In this document: positions 42,101 through 54,099 of the stretch, piece by piece
Layout of the letters: each line of letters begins with the position of its first letter
How positions within the stretch are numbered: the first letter of the stretch is position 1
Origin: Macrostomum lignano
Lineage: Eukaryota
DNA: 64,000 bases
Assembly: GCA_002269645.1 (NCBI GenBank)
Contig: NIVC01000382.1
Location: forward strand, 558,001 to 622,000
Direction: 5' to 3'
The notes under the pieces: generated by a model
What the model saw: the letters and a program-made list of their open reading frames with translations, nothing else
What the model was told of the DNA's origin: nothing
Databases searched by the model: none
Program-made: the position numbers and the translations under genes

Positions 42101-45100
42101 CTATGACTTTGTTATAGAACACCGGGCCGGGAAATATCACGGCAACGCAGACTCTTTGTCTCGGAAATACCGAAGGCACACAGGGCATGAGACTTGTCCT
42201 AGTTGCGCACCGGCTCAGCGCAGCAATGGTGTCAATGCAATATTTCGGGGTGTGCTACAGAAGGAAGATATACAGTCAGCTCAAGAAGCAGAGCCAAAGC
42301 TGAAGATCATCAATAATTTCTTGACAGATCATGTCGACGCGTCAACTCCACCGCAGGTGATGTGCTGGGAGGAGAGGTGTCTGTGGTCTCAGCGTCAGCT
42401 GATCAGGCTTGATGCGCAGGTTCTGGTTTTTCAAGGTCCTGGGTCTGAGGTTCCGAAAATTATCTTGCCGCCAAGCTTGTTTCAGAAGGTCTTCAGTGAG
42501 TTACATGACGGAGTCGCAGGTGGTCACCTAGGGATCAAAAAGACCCAGGAGAAGGTGAAGGCTAGATTTTGGTGGCCTGGAATTTCAAGAAAGATCGAGG
42601 AGTACTGCAAGAGCTGTGTGCATTGTGCCCGGTCAAAACCAGGCCAGGTAAATCGAGCTCCGCTGCACCCGATTGTGTCAGAAGCTCCGTTTCAGCGAAT
42701 AATGTGCGACATCGTCGGACCATTGCCGCGATCTAGGAATGGGTCCAGATTCATTCTGACCATTCAGGACTCGTTCACTGTGGCCAGTTGCCATGGCACT
42801 TTCAAATCAGCGTGCGAGCACGGTGGCAAAGGCCATCTTCGACAATTGGATAGCGCAGTTTGGTTGCCCCGAGTTCCTTGTGACGGACAAAGGCACCAAC
42901 TTTGAGTCATCGCTGGTAAAGCAGCTGTGTCAGCTGATGGCTGTTAAAAAATGCCGAACAACGGCCTATCATCCCATGGCCGATGGCCAGGCAGAAAGCT
43001 TTAACAAAACGCTAAAAAATATGATAAAATGCCGGCAGAGTGAGGCTGAGAGTGATTGGGAGGAGCTGATCGCTCCATCACTTCTCGCCTACCGCAAACG
43101 TTTAACACAAGTAAACGTTTATGATGTCGTCGCCAGAGAATTTCTAAGCTTGAAAAATCTTTTAAGTAAATAGGCAAGAAAAACGGCTGAGTTGCTTTGG
43201 AGCACCATACCGTCTATGGCTGCACTTATGTGTCTATGGCTGCACTTGTGTGTCTATGGCTGCACTTATGTGTCTATGGCTGCACTTATGTGTCTATGGC
43301 TGCACTTATGTGTCTATGGCTGCACTTATGTGTCTATGGCTGCACTTATGTGTCTATGGCTGCACTTATGTGTCTATGGCTGAACTTCATGTGTCTATGG
43401 CTGCACTTATGTGTCTATGGCTGAACTTCATGTGTCTATGGCTGCACTTATGTGTCTATGGCTGCACTTATGTGTCTATGGCTGAACTTCATGTGTCTAT
43501 GGCTGCACTTATGTGTCTATGGCTGAACTTCATGTGTCTATGGCTGCACTTATGTGTCTATGGCTGAACTTCATGTGTCTATGGCTGCGCTTTATGTGTC
43601 TATGGCTGCATTTATGTTCTATGGCTGCACTTATGTGTCTATGGCTGCACTTATGTGTCTATGGCTGCACTTATGTGTCTATGGCTGCACTTATGTGTCT
43701 ATGGCTGAACTTCATGTGTCTATGGCTGCACTTATGTTCTATGGCTGCACTTATGTGTCTATGGCTGCACTTATGTGTCTATGGCCATGCACTTATGTGT
43801 CTATGGCTGCACTTCATGTGTCTATGGCTGCACTTGTGTGTCTATGGCTGCACTTGTGTGTCTATGGCTGCACTTGTGTGTGTGTCTATGGCTGCACTTA
43901 TGTGTCTATGGCTGAACTTCATGTGTCTATGGCTGCACTTCATGTGTCTATGGCTGCACTTATGTGTCTATGGCTGAACTTCATGTGTCTATGGCTGCAC
44001 TTATGTGTCTATGGCTGCACTTATGCGCCTATGGCTGCACTTTATGTGTCTATGGCTGCACTTATGTGTCTATGGCTGCACTTATGTGTCTATGGCTGCA
44101 CTTATGCGCCTATGGCTGCACTTTATGTGTCTATGGCTGCACTTATGTGTCTATGGCTGAACTTGTGTGTCTATGGCCATGCACTTATGTGTCTATGGCT
44201 GCACTTCATGTGTCTATGGCTGCACTTGTGTGTCTATGGCTGCACTTATGTGTCTATGGCTGCACTTGTGTGTGTGTCTATGGCTGCACTTATGTGTCTA
44301 TGGCTGAACTTCATGTGTCTATGGCTGCACTTCATGTGTCTATGGCTGCACTTATGTGTCTATGGCTGAACTTCATGTGTCTATGGCTGCACTTATGTGT
44401 CTATGGCTGCACTTATGCGCCTATGGCTGCACTTTATGTGTCTATGGCTGCACTTATGTGTCTATGGCTGAACTTGTGTGTCTATGGCCATGCACTTATG
44501 TGTCTATGGCTGCACTTCATGTGTCTATGGCTGCACTTGTGTGTCTATGGCTGCACTTGTGTGTCTATGGCTGCACTTGTGTGTGTGTCTATGGCTGCAC
44601 TTATGTGTCTATGGCTGAACTTCATGTGTCTATGGCTGCACTTATGTGTCTATGGCTGCACTTATGCGCCTATGGCTGCACTTTATGTGTCTATGGCTGC
44701 ACTTATGTGTCTATGGCTGAACTTGTGTGTCTATGGCTGCACTTTATGTGTCTATGGCTGCACTTTATGTGTCTATGGCTGCAATTTATGTGTCTATGGC
44801 TGCAATTTATGTGTCTATGGCTGCACTTGTGTGTCTATTGCTGCACTTGTGTGTCTATGGCTGCACTTGTGTGTCTATGGCTGCACTTGTGTGTCTATGG
44901 CTGCACTTGTGTGTCTATGGCTGCACTTAGGTGTCTATGGCTGCACCCAGGTGTCTATGGCTGCACCCGCATGCGTCTATGACTGCACTTGTGTGTCTAT
45001 GACTGCACTTGTGCGTCTATGACTGCACTTGTGTGTCTATGACTGCACTTGTGTGTCTATGGCTGCACTTGTGTGTCTATGACTGCACTTGTGTGTCTAT

Positions 45101-47316
45101 GGCTGCACTTGTGTCTATGGCTGCACTTAGGTGTCTATGGCTGCACCCGCATGCGTCTATGACTGCTAGAATGGCCCTAAAAGGGACTTTTTTTATTGCT
45201 CTTGAACAAAAAAAGGGTTAATTAAATTGCTCTTCAGTCAGAGATGTGATTCTCAGTAATAAAAAAACTGTGCTTTAAGTCACAGAAGGAAATTTTATAT
45301 CGCTTGAGTTGTTCAGAATCTTGAAAAAGGAGTGAAATTAACTATAATTTTTTTCTTTCGCAGGTAAATGACCAGTCAGTCAGTCATACAATTAGATTAA
45401 TTGCTCCAAAACTTAAGTCGCTTTTACACCTGGCCAAGCGGGTGACCCTAATCGAGCCGCTTCGCGAGCTCATGCTCAGCGAGCAGTCTGCCGAGTTTCT
45501 ATCCGAAGAGTTTCAGCAGATCCTCCTGGAGGCCGACGAGCTTCAGAGGCTGTTCAAGAGGCAGCCAGCTCACCTGGAGAGACTCTACGGTACGTTTCAA
45601 TGTCTACTCAATCTTATCATGCGTCTACTCAATCTTATCATGCGTCTACTCAATCTTATCATGCGTCTACTCAATCTTATCATGCGTCTACTCAATCTTA
45701 TCATGCCTCTGCTCAATCTTATCATGCGTCTGCTCAATCTTTACGATAACCCAATATTTTTTTCATACCTACCTAATCTTTTAATCCTTTTACGCGTCTA
45801 CTCAATCATCTTTAGTATCTACTCAAACATCTTTAGTATCTACTCAATAATATTTAGTGTCTACTCAATCATCACTAGTGTCTACTCAATCATCTTTAGT
45901 GTCTACTAAACCATCTTTAGTGTCTACTCAATCATCTTTAGTGTCTACTCAATCATATTTAGAGTCTACTTAATCATATTTAGTGTCTACTCAATCATCT
46001 TAAGTGTCTACTCAATCATCTTAAGTGTCTACTCAATCATCTTTAGTGTCTACTCAATCATATTTAGTGTCTACTCAATCATTTCTAGTGTCTACTCAAT
46101 CATCTCTAGTGTCTACTCAATCATCTCTGGTGTCTACTCAAACATATTTAGTGTCTACTCAATCATATTTAGTGTCTACTCAAACATATTTAGTGTCTAC
46201 TCAATCATCTTTAGTGTCTACTAAATCATCTTTAGTGTCTACTCAATCATCTTAAGTGTCTACTCAATCATCTTTAGTGTCTACTTAACATATTTAGTGC
46301 CTACTTAGACATCTCTAGTGTCTACTCAAACATATTTAGTGTCTACTCAATCATCACTAGTGTCTACTCAATCATCTTTAGTGTCTACTAAACCATCTTT
46401 AGTGTCTACTCAATCATCTTTAGTGTCTACTCAATCATCTTTAGTGTCTACTTAACATATTTAGTGCCTACTTAGACATCACTAGTGTCTACTCAATCAT
46501 ATTTAGTGTCTACTCAATCATCTTAAGTGTCTACTCAATCATCTTAAGTGTCTACTCAATCATCTTAAGTGTCTACTCAATCATATTTAGTGTCTACTCA
46601 AACATATTTAGTGTCTACTCAATCATCTCTAGTGTCTACTCAATCATCTCTAGTGTCTACTCAACCATCTCTAGTGTCTACTCAATCATCTCTAGTGTCT
46701 ACTTAACATATTTAGTGCCTACTTAGACATCTCTAGTGTCTACTCAATCATATTTAGTGTCTACTCAATCATCTCTAGTGTCTACTCAATCATTATTAGT
46801 GTCTACTCAATCATCTTTAGTGTCTACTCAATCATTATTAGTGTCTACTCAATCATCTTTAGTGTCTACTCAATCATCTTTAGTGTCTACTCAATCATCT
46901 CTAGTGTCTACTCAATCATCTTTAGTTTCTACTCAATCATCTTAAGTGTCTACTCAATCATATTTAGTGTCTACTCAAACATATCTAGTGTCTACTCAAT
47001 CATCTCTAGTGTCTACTCAACCATCTCTAGTGTCTACTCAAACATCTCTAGTGTCTACTCAATCATCTCTAGTGTCTACTCAATCATCTGAGCGGCTATA
47101 CTAGCGGCAATGCGACTAAACAGTACTCTGATACGCCCATGACATGCACTACTAATTCAGCATCCTATCCAATGCACCGCAGGCATGATCACGGATCTCT
47201 ACATTGACAAGTTCAAATTTCAAGGCCAGAATGTGAAGTCCAGAGTCTCAGCTTTGATGCAATGCCTGCAGAACTACGATCTTCAGACTCTGTTGGAGTT
47301 CTTTGAGGCTGAGTAA
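27179..47316 (+). CDS. BBS7: Bardet-Biedl syndrome 7 protein (BBSome subunit), complete, 12 exons, 714 aa
   Basis: Exons 27179-27217, 27304-27366, 27466-27528, 27677-27852, 27948-28125, 29516-29836, 30343-30427, 32810-32921, 33520-33816, 37909-38359, 45364-45589 and 47183-47316; 2145 nt, all phases compatible. Recognisable BBS7 peptides: [102 protein letters not shown]. Confidence 0.97.
28315..29356. repeat. Intronic minisatellite, ~31-bp unit GAAATCATGAGGATTTGATCCCATTCCAATA
   Basis: About 33 copies in BBS7 intron 5. Confidence 0.95.
30475..30618. repeat. (GACT)n microsatellite in BBS7 intron 7
   Basis: Direct reading. Confidence 0.95.
33865..34370. repeat. Intronic minisatellite, 33-bp unit (CTCTCCGCTCTCCACCAAGATCCTTGAATCTGG)
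   Basis: About 15 copies at the start of BBS7 intron 9. Confidence 0.95.
34951..37173 (-). mobile_element. Ngaro-type (DIRS order) tyrosine-recombinase retrotransposon, internally deleted, with split direct repeats
   Basis: On the minus strand: A1 (37173-36985), RT/RNase H (36975-35466; [30 protein letters not shown]), B1 (35360-35276), A2 (35275-35086), a 50-bp spacer, then B2 (35035-34951). No TSD; gag and most of the recombinase are missing. Confidence 0.9.
37642..37806. repeat. 34-bp tandem repeat, about 5 copies (AGTACACAAAACACTGTACATAGAGTTCATTTTT)
   Basis: Direct reading. Confidence 0.9.
38879..38896 (+). promoter_or_regulatory. Primer-binding site complementary to the tRNA-His 3' end
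   Basis: TGGTGCCGTGACCAGGAT lies 2 nt after the LTR; eukaryotic tRNA-His(GUG) ends in GUCACGGCACCA. Confidence 0.85.
39025..39969 (+). CDS. Gypsy Gag with two CCHC zinc knuckles
   Basis: Open ORF with [14 protein letters not shown] and [14 protein letters not shown]. Confidence 0.9.
   Translation: MANLDDLIGALTVRIQEQLNVGQRVPRPNKYVPTQDFALWLQQFTTYCEAAQIPEDQRKQNLLSLLDFGTAFKAVANLELDDDLDYAEFVEQLEARFSQNRTPQDYKTEFQNRSQREGEALEDHADALRELMRKAYPALPVEQRDELAKDRFLKGIRVPDRVLENVLLQDPDTLQAAIQRVRQTLASMKLLEGKRSVHVVNSQAAAAADSQTARMAEEIASLKAEIAQLKQGGASASVVQPSPQQPAAAPQAGRTCGRCLQMGHSAADCRNRVVCLACGQQGHTRARCQSQQAAQSQGNGMGARPGQRPGPRLQ
39915..39958 (+). other. -1 programmed ribosomal frameshift signal (gag-pol)
   Basis: G GGA AAC at 39915-39921 is in the gag frame, followed by a 6-nt spacer and a 9-bp all-GC stem GGGGCCCGG/CCGGGCCCC (39928-39936/39950-39958). 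The pol ORF is in the -1 frame. Confidence 0.85.
39915..43096 (+). pseudogene. Gypsy Pol (protease, RT, RNase H, integrase), integrase disrupted
   Basis: [44 protein letters not shown]. After a frameshift it continues in ORF 42793 ([23 protein letters not shown]). Confidence 0.92.
43212..45165. repeat. Intronic minisatellite, 20-bp unit GTCTATGGCTGCACTTATGT (~2 kb)
   Basis: Close to 100 copies, with duplicated higher-order blocks. Confidence 0.95.
45600..47090. repeat. 21-bp minisatellites filling BBS7 intron 11
   Basis: TCATGCGTCTACTCAATCTTA, then GTGTCTACTCAATCATCTTTA; both share the core GTCTACTCAATC. Confidence 0.95.
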
Positions 47317-47654
47317 CTCGTTCCTGCCAACCTAATAATTGACTGGAAGGTAGTAAAACACATTCGATTGCTACTGTAGGAGGATATCGTCCGTATCTGA
47401 GCACTGTTCTGTTTACTCTACAGTCAGAAGATAGTCCTTTTTGCGTCCAAGTTTTTTTTAATTTTTTCTTTCTTATTTGTTTACTCATGGCGACCGTCTT
47501 AATGAAGAATTTTTTAAATTTTCCTCTAACGATTCTTTGTGCACTTTTGCAAATTCCCAACTGTAGAATTTCCTTCCCCCTGACTCTCACTAATCCCATA
47601 TCCTCACGTTCGGCTTTGAAATCCTCAAACTGCGTTACTGCAGCCTCGGTTGCT

Positions 47655-48063
47655 AGGCCAGCCTCCCAGATCCTCAGTTGCTGGGCCAGCCTCCCAGATC
47701 CTCAGTTGCTGGGCCAGCCTCCCAGATCCCTAGTTGCTGGGCCAGCCTCCCAGATTCCCAGTTGCTGGGCCAGCCTCCCAGATCCCTAGTTGCTGGGCCA
47801 GCCTCCCAGATGCTCAGTTGCTGGGCCAGCCTCCCAGATCCTCAGTTGCTGGACCAGCCTCCTATAGAGTGTCAGTTGCTGGACCAGCCTCCTAGAGTGT
47901 CAGTTGCTGGACCAGCCTCCCAGATCCCCAGTTGCTGGACCAGCCTCCTAGAGTGTCAGTTGCTGGACCAGCCTCCTAGAGTGTCAGTTGCTGGACCAGC
48001 CTCCCAGATCCCCAGTTGCTGGGCCAGCCTCCCAGATCCTCAGTTGCTGGGCCAGCCTCCCAG
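47655..48063. repeat. 28-bp minisatellite (CAGTTGCTGGGCCAGCCTCCCAGATCCT)
   Basis: Direct reading; lies downstream of the BBS7 stop. Confidence 0.93.
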
Positions 48064-48197
48064 ATCCTATTCTACTCTCAGCGGCAAAGTTTTTATTGTA
48101 CAATTATTGTCATATTGGCTTGTAACTTTAGGAATTATACCTATATTTAGAATATTTGCGTTCTTTATGCTCTCTCTGATGTTTGCAAATACATTAA

Positions 48198-49419
48198 AGG
48201 TGAGATCAACCCTGCTCACTTTGCAATTTTACGCACTCTTGAAAGGGACTAAAAAATTTAATATCGGGTCAACAGTTTGTTGCAATGCTTATAATGTTTA
48301 TTTCACCTTCAGTTAGACGTGTAGCTTCTTATAATGGGGCACGGGTGCATGCACCAATGGATCTTGACCGTTGCACCTTGCAAGCCTAGAACTTCTGCGT
48401 CGAGCGCTACACACATGTTCGCATTACGTGAAACGGCAGAAAAAAAGTGCTAATTTATGTAGGCCACTTGCAATGCAACTACGTTCCGCCTATCTCAGCA
48501 GTAGTTTTCAACTGTTTCTGTGGCGCTTGAAGAGCTCCCGAATCTGTCGTTAAATGTGTTTTAAAATCGTAAATAAAATGCCTCTATGCCTCTCTGACAA
48601 CTTCAATGTCGGGTATCAAGTTTCTATTCAATGAGGCACTGAGCCAAACACACATTTTCTCATGAATTTAGGCTGGAAAATAATGATTTCGAGCCGTTGA
48701 ACAATGAGCGTACAGCGTGGGAAAATGTCTCGCTCGATCGTTAACTGCAAAGAGTACTGAGACCTCCTCAACACCTTTGTTTTACTGGCTTGGAGCAGGG
48801 TCCTCCGCTATAAACCTCGTCTTAAAATTCAACAGCGTTTTCAGAACTGGTCGAATCTTGAAAAAACTGTTTTTAGAACGAACTTCAAACTTCTGATAGA
48901 ATCTATAACAGCTTTTTCTGACAAGGTAAGTATAGCCTCTCTGCTGACTTAGTAGACTCAAGTCTACACAGAATATTCTCTTTCTTAGCTGAGCAGCTGG
49001 TACCTTATACATGACTTTCTAATGGACGTTGTTACTTGACACTAACTACTATGTAAAGCCTGCTATACGCAACTCTCAGAGATCTGTTTTGACTACTTCA
49101 TCTGGAGATAATTCAGAACCATGATGGTTTGCTTTACAACCGTTGCATCTCAAAGTGAATCGCTTCTCATGTGTTGGCATCGCTGAATGTTATTATAATG
49201 ACAATTGTGTTGAAGTATTTGATGCACTGGTGGCCACCTAACCCCATGCAATGTAAAGACGTAACGGTAACCGGCTCTTTTTACGTTGGGCAGCTTCAGT
49301 AAAATATCAATAGCAGCTCAAACAGTTATTGCGATCATGACATCTATAGTTTGTATTTATGGCAGTTTATCACAGAGGTGCATGTACCTGCTTAGAGTAA
49401 TATAAAATCCGATCACCTT
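48198..49419. mobile_element. Possible Kolobok-like element (TTAA-flanked, short imperfect TIR)
   Basis: TTAA|AGGTGAGATC ... GATCACCTT|TTAA. No convincing transposase inside. Confidence 0.3.
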
Positions 49420-49484
49420 TTAATACGTATTTTAATCGGGAATTCGCAGTGTATGGCAGAAAGGATCATTAAATCATTCAGCGG

Positions 49485-51128
49485 GCTCAGTACAAGGATG
49501 ACTTAAGTAGGACGGAAAACCTAGTTTCTTGGAACATTTTTGAAGGCAGTTTTTTCCGAAAAAAATACACTACGGAGGTAGGAACTTTTCATTTTCTCAG
49601 CACAAAAAATTGTTATTGCTTTTGTAGTACTACTCCTCCTCGGGTTCTTGAAGATGTTCCTAGAAATAGAACCCGCTACTCCTGAAGTAGCTAGATAGCA
49701 CCGTTGTACTACCTATCGATTTGCCTGAAAATGAACCTAAAACGTTAGCCTTGACTTGGTAGGGTTGCTGCCACCTTGGTGTGCGGACTCGACGCGTCGG
49801 CAGAGTTGTCTATCCGTCACCTGAAATAAAATAACGAAGTCGCTCGGAGCAAAGGCAAATCTGAAAAATGTCTCGACAGTCGATCGTCTTAGTAGAATGC
49901 TGCTCGAACCTGAAAACCTGTAAAACCTGAAATGAGAGAGGAGAGCTCGGAGGTAGAGAGGCAGCTCCGGTCGAGCCCAGGCAGGACGACGCGATCGGTT
50001 CCGCGTTGCTCCACGATCTGGAGAAAAATGGCTCGCAGATGCTCCGTATTTATAGCCGAGCGGACCCCCAAAAGTCACGTGAGTTTCATGCGGTGAGCGC
50101 GTGAAACTTCCTTATTTGGTTACTAAAATCATGCGAGCGACGCGTGATTCAAGGCCAACTTCCAAATAAGGCAACCCTGTCACGCAGCAGTGGCGTGACT
50201 CAAGGTCAGTGGCCACGCACAGTGTGCGTGCACAGCCACGTGCTTTTCTGTGCTAAAAATAGAACTTGGGCGGATGAGTCATCCTGTTTACTCCCTCTAG
50301 GCAGCCCTTACACTCCGCGCAGGTGATGAGTCATCCTGCTACGCCTCCTCAGCGCGAGTGGGAAGACATTGAGTGTGGCTGCCCACGCCTGCTCAGGCGA
50401 TGAGTCATCGGGCAGTAAACACTTAGGCCCAGCAGAGGGTGTATCTCTCACTAGATCAGGTGGACTGAGCTACTGTGCAGCGGACCACAGCACTCTTAGG
50501 GAAAGCTAGTGAATGCTGCTGAATAACCAGTTAGCAGCCAGTCACTACACTTTTGATAGGAGGCAGATCCAGTGTTCATATTTTGATATGTTGTGCCTTT
50601 CTCATTGCTCTATCGATATTCATAAAGCTTTTCGTTCAGAAAATTAAGATTCGATGCTAAATTTTTATCTTACGTAAATATCCTGTATCTAAAAATTATA
50701 AAAATGCATTGCGCAGCTCTGATGTTTGGTTTTATGAATCTATTTTATCATTTCTACTACACATATTGTTACACCCTCAGCTAAAAATGATAAAATAGAC
50801 TTTAAAAAAACCAAAAAGCCGAGCTGTGCTATTTTAATGATTTTTAGGCACAAAAAGACACGTGCAAATTTACGTAGAATAAAAAATTAACATGGAATCT
50901 TAATTTTCTGAACGAAAAGCTCTATGAATATCAATAGAGCAATAAGAAAGGCACAGCATATCAAAAGATAAACACTGGATCTGCGTCCTATCGAAAGCAA
51001 TAACAATTTTTGTGCTGGAAAAATGAAAACTTCCTATCTCCGTAGTGTTTTTTTCTCGAAAAAACTGCCTTAAAATTTTCCAGGAAATGAGGCTTCCGTC
51101 CTTCTACTTAAGTCGTCCTTGGCTGAGC
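49485..51128. mobile_element. Foldback/palindromic MITE (~715 bp) interrupted by a solo LTR
   Basis: The left arm (49485-49622 + 50554-~50760) is the reverse complement of the right arm (~50780-51128). Confidence 0.85.
49623..50549. mobile_element. Solo LTR (927 bp) with 4-bp TSD
   Basis: TGTAGT...ACTACA termini flanked by CTTT on both sides. Removing it restores gttattgctttTgatagg, matching the other foldback arm. Confidence 0.88.
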
Positions 51129-52614
51129 ATCGAAAAACAACTTTTGACCATAGACTATAAAGACCCATAGATTCAGGGACATGAAAGTCAGAAGGAAAAT
51201 TCCTTTATTATTTACCAGAACACAATACAATAGGAAGAACTCTAAACAGTATAAGATATATTAATCAAGTTACGCACGGCTGCACTGACAGTTGCAGGTA
51301 CAGAGATGAAGTTAATGACAGGGAAAAGCCGCTCTATCATAAGTCAAAATCCTCCAGAGATTAAACCTCAATTCAGCTTCCGGAAACAGCCTGAAACGAA
51401 AGATGAAGAACGCTCCCTGTGCCCGAACCGTGGTTGCGACATACAGGCACACGTCGAGTTGAATAGCCAATATTGTCACGGTTAACTCGTCCATTTTGAA
51501 GTTGAATTTCAAGGAATTGAGGGGATGATAATCAAAATAAAAAAACAGATTGCTTCATTAGGCCTTTCATCTTGCCTTGAAGATGCAACTTAGAAACCAC
51601 AAGCGTATGCGGTGCGGCCTTCAGACACGTTGATTCATTCCACACATAATTAGGGCCACAAATATGAGCAAGGGCGATTGATTTTTTCGTGCAAATAAAC
51701 AAGTCGTATATAGCCGTGTAGGGACACATCCGTATACGTGAATTTTTAATGAGTTGTCCCTCGCCTATATTTTGTAGTTGCTACCTGTACTTTAAAATGA
51801 AATACTCTTCGGCTAGCAGGGATTAACTGGTCTTAGAATGAATATATAGACTTGTTTTCTGCTCGGCTGACGTAAATATTATTCAAAATAAGAAAAAATC
51901 TCTATGAAACAGTTGTTTATGGAATCGCCTTTAGGGAGCCAATAAAAAAATTTCAACTCCTTTCATGTATGGAGTTCGAAATTATAGATAGGTCAAGATA
52001 TTTTAGGATGTTTAGGAAAAGTACTCGTGGGATATTATGCCTGGGAACATAAACTTTCAAGAGGGAACTGCATAAAATATCAGGTGCAAAGCAAAAACTC
52101 ATTTGTGAGTATCAACACGGAACACCTGCAAGCCAAATTAACAGGAAAAGCATTGAAACTGGAGTAGGATAAAATATTTACAACAAAGCAAGTACAGACT
52201 GCATCTACGCAACTTAAAGCAACACTATGAAATTAAGAAGCAGCAGCTATAAAACACGGTTGCCATGCAATCCAGGCGACTATTGCTCTGCTATTATTCG
52301 AGCATAAAGTGTACTAAACAGTGTACTATATTGACGCTGTATATGCATTTGTATGATCATGTAAAATAGCTTTGGACAGTTTTCAGGGTAAAAGCCCAAG
52401 GAAAATATGCATCATCCATGACACCAACGACATCAATAACATTAAAAGCTAGACTCCTGTCAAAAGTTTACTTGAAGAAGGCTCTTGAACGTGTTTGGGC
52501 CTGAAGATCAGACCCACAATTCGAAGAGCGCACAGAATGTCGTGTGATCCGACTCTATTACCCAATTGATTGTGTAGCATTAGTTAAATTAGTGTAAGAT
52601 AGCAATAAAAAAGC

Positions 52615-54099
52615 TCAAACATTGTTTCTTTCATCTGTGCCGCCTTCTGGCTCAGCCTGCAGAGCTTGCAGTTCAAAATCTTCCGCGGCCGCCTCCTCGT
52701 TGCCGTCGTTAATCGGAGTGCGAATATCCGATGGCTGCTTTGACTTACAGATAGTGAAGCATTGGACCTTGTGCGACAGCAGGTAGATAGCCAGATTCAG
52801 ACTGGAGTCCAGCATTGTGGCCAGGTGCGCCACGTGGACCAGGTGACGGGCGGCCTGATTGGGTAGCGAGCTTCCCAGCAGTCCAGCAAAGCTTGCGGGC
52901 ATCTCGCAGATGAGAAACACAAGCGTGAGCACCAGCAGCAGCCGGTCGGCCGTCCGATTCCGGCAGAGAGCACTGTTGACACCGGGCCTAGAGGCGTTGA
53001 ACTGCTGGCGGCGCCGGCGCAGGAAGAGGACCACCCGGATGTTGCTCAGCGTCACCAGCAACACCGGCAGCAGCGTGGACACCAAGTAGCTGGCAGTCAC
53101 CAGGATCCGTTTAATAGTTTTATAGTCATTCAGCCAAGTGGCCTGCTGACTCAGCCGGAGAGTGTCTGAGCACACAACGACGTTGTACTGCAACATTTTC
53201 GGCAGACTCACGCACAGGCAGACTGGCAGCAAGATGCAGTGCCAAGTGACGGCGCCACGGGCAGCGAGCAGACTTGGCGAAATGTGCGGATAATGAATCT
53301 TCTGGTAGCGGGCGAAGGATAGAAAGGCCACCGACCAGTTTCTTAGGCTGAGGAAGCCTTGGCTGAGGAACAGAGCGGCCCAGAATGCACCAGCAATGAT
53401 TTTGCCGTCCTGTGGGCGTTTGGCGACGTGGTTAAGTTCATTAATTATTCATTTACCCTGTAGGATTTGTAAATGCCCTATTATGCTTGTTTTCCCTCCG
53501 ATGACCAATTTTAGCTTTCAGTTTTAAAATTTTTCCATTTACGAGCTAATCAGGAAGATGTGCTCCGTATGTTGCTATGGTGATGTTGTGTGGCTTCAAG
53601 CTTGTTTTAAAATACTGGGAAAAGATCTGGAATAGCGACGTCATTTCCGAGTAGCTCTTTGTAAAGAGGAAACACTTCTGTCCCACAGTCAGCCAAATTT
53701 GCTGGCTGTACTAGAACAATACAATTTTGTGAGGCCTACCTGCAGCGAAGCCATTTCCTGTTGACGCAGGCCGTAGGTCCAGATAAATGTCTGATAGATG
53801 AGCTGACTGGAGTTGAAGGCCACCTCTGCTGAGCACAGTCCCTGCAGCAGGTGCACCAGCTGCATCTGGCAGCGTGTGAGAATCTGGCGAAACAGAAGCA
53901 AACTGCAAAAGTTTGTGACGATGTTCAGAGCCGCCAGCATCATTAAGCCAGCCGTATAAATCATGATGAAAGACGGCGGTGCATTGCCAACTTTTGCATC
54001 TAAGCTGCTGTTGGTAGAATTGGCATCAGCGGTCTCGTTGTCAATGCCGCAGGTCATGATGACCACCAGCTCTATTGAATGATTGTTCTTCCCGGACAT
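52615..54099 (-). CDS. Rhodopsin-family (class A) peptide-receptor-like orphan GPCR, 384 aa
   Basis: Exons 54099-53740 and 53409-52615 (phase 0, CAG|gtaggc..cag|GAC). Seven hydrophobic segments and N-terminal N-glycosylation sites. TM3 LRNWSVAFLSFARY, TM6 FLICEMP, TM7 SSLNLAIY. Confidence 0.9.

Larger units (their letters stand above)
38429..43096 (+). mobile_element. Ty3/Gypsy LTR retrotransposon, 3'-truncated, in BBS7 intron 10
   Basis: 5' LTR 38429-38876 (TGTTGTG..CACAACA), PBS, gag, then pol in PR-RT-RH-IN order. Integrase is frameshifted near 42780 and cut off near 43096; no 3' LTR found. Confidence 0.95.

Noticed and set aside
43192-45221. Long ORFs in the track ([11 protein letters not shown].., also [29 protein letters not shown])
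   Set aside because: They are translations of stop-free tandem repeats, mostly inside introns whose flanking exons already join in frame.
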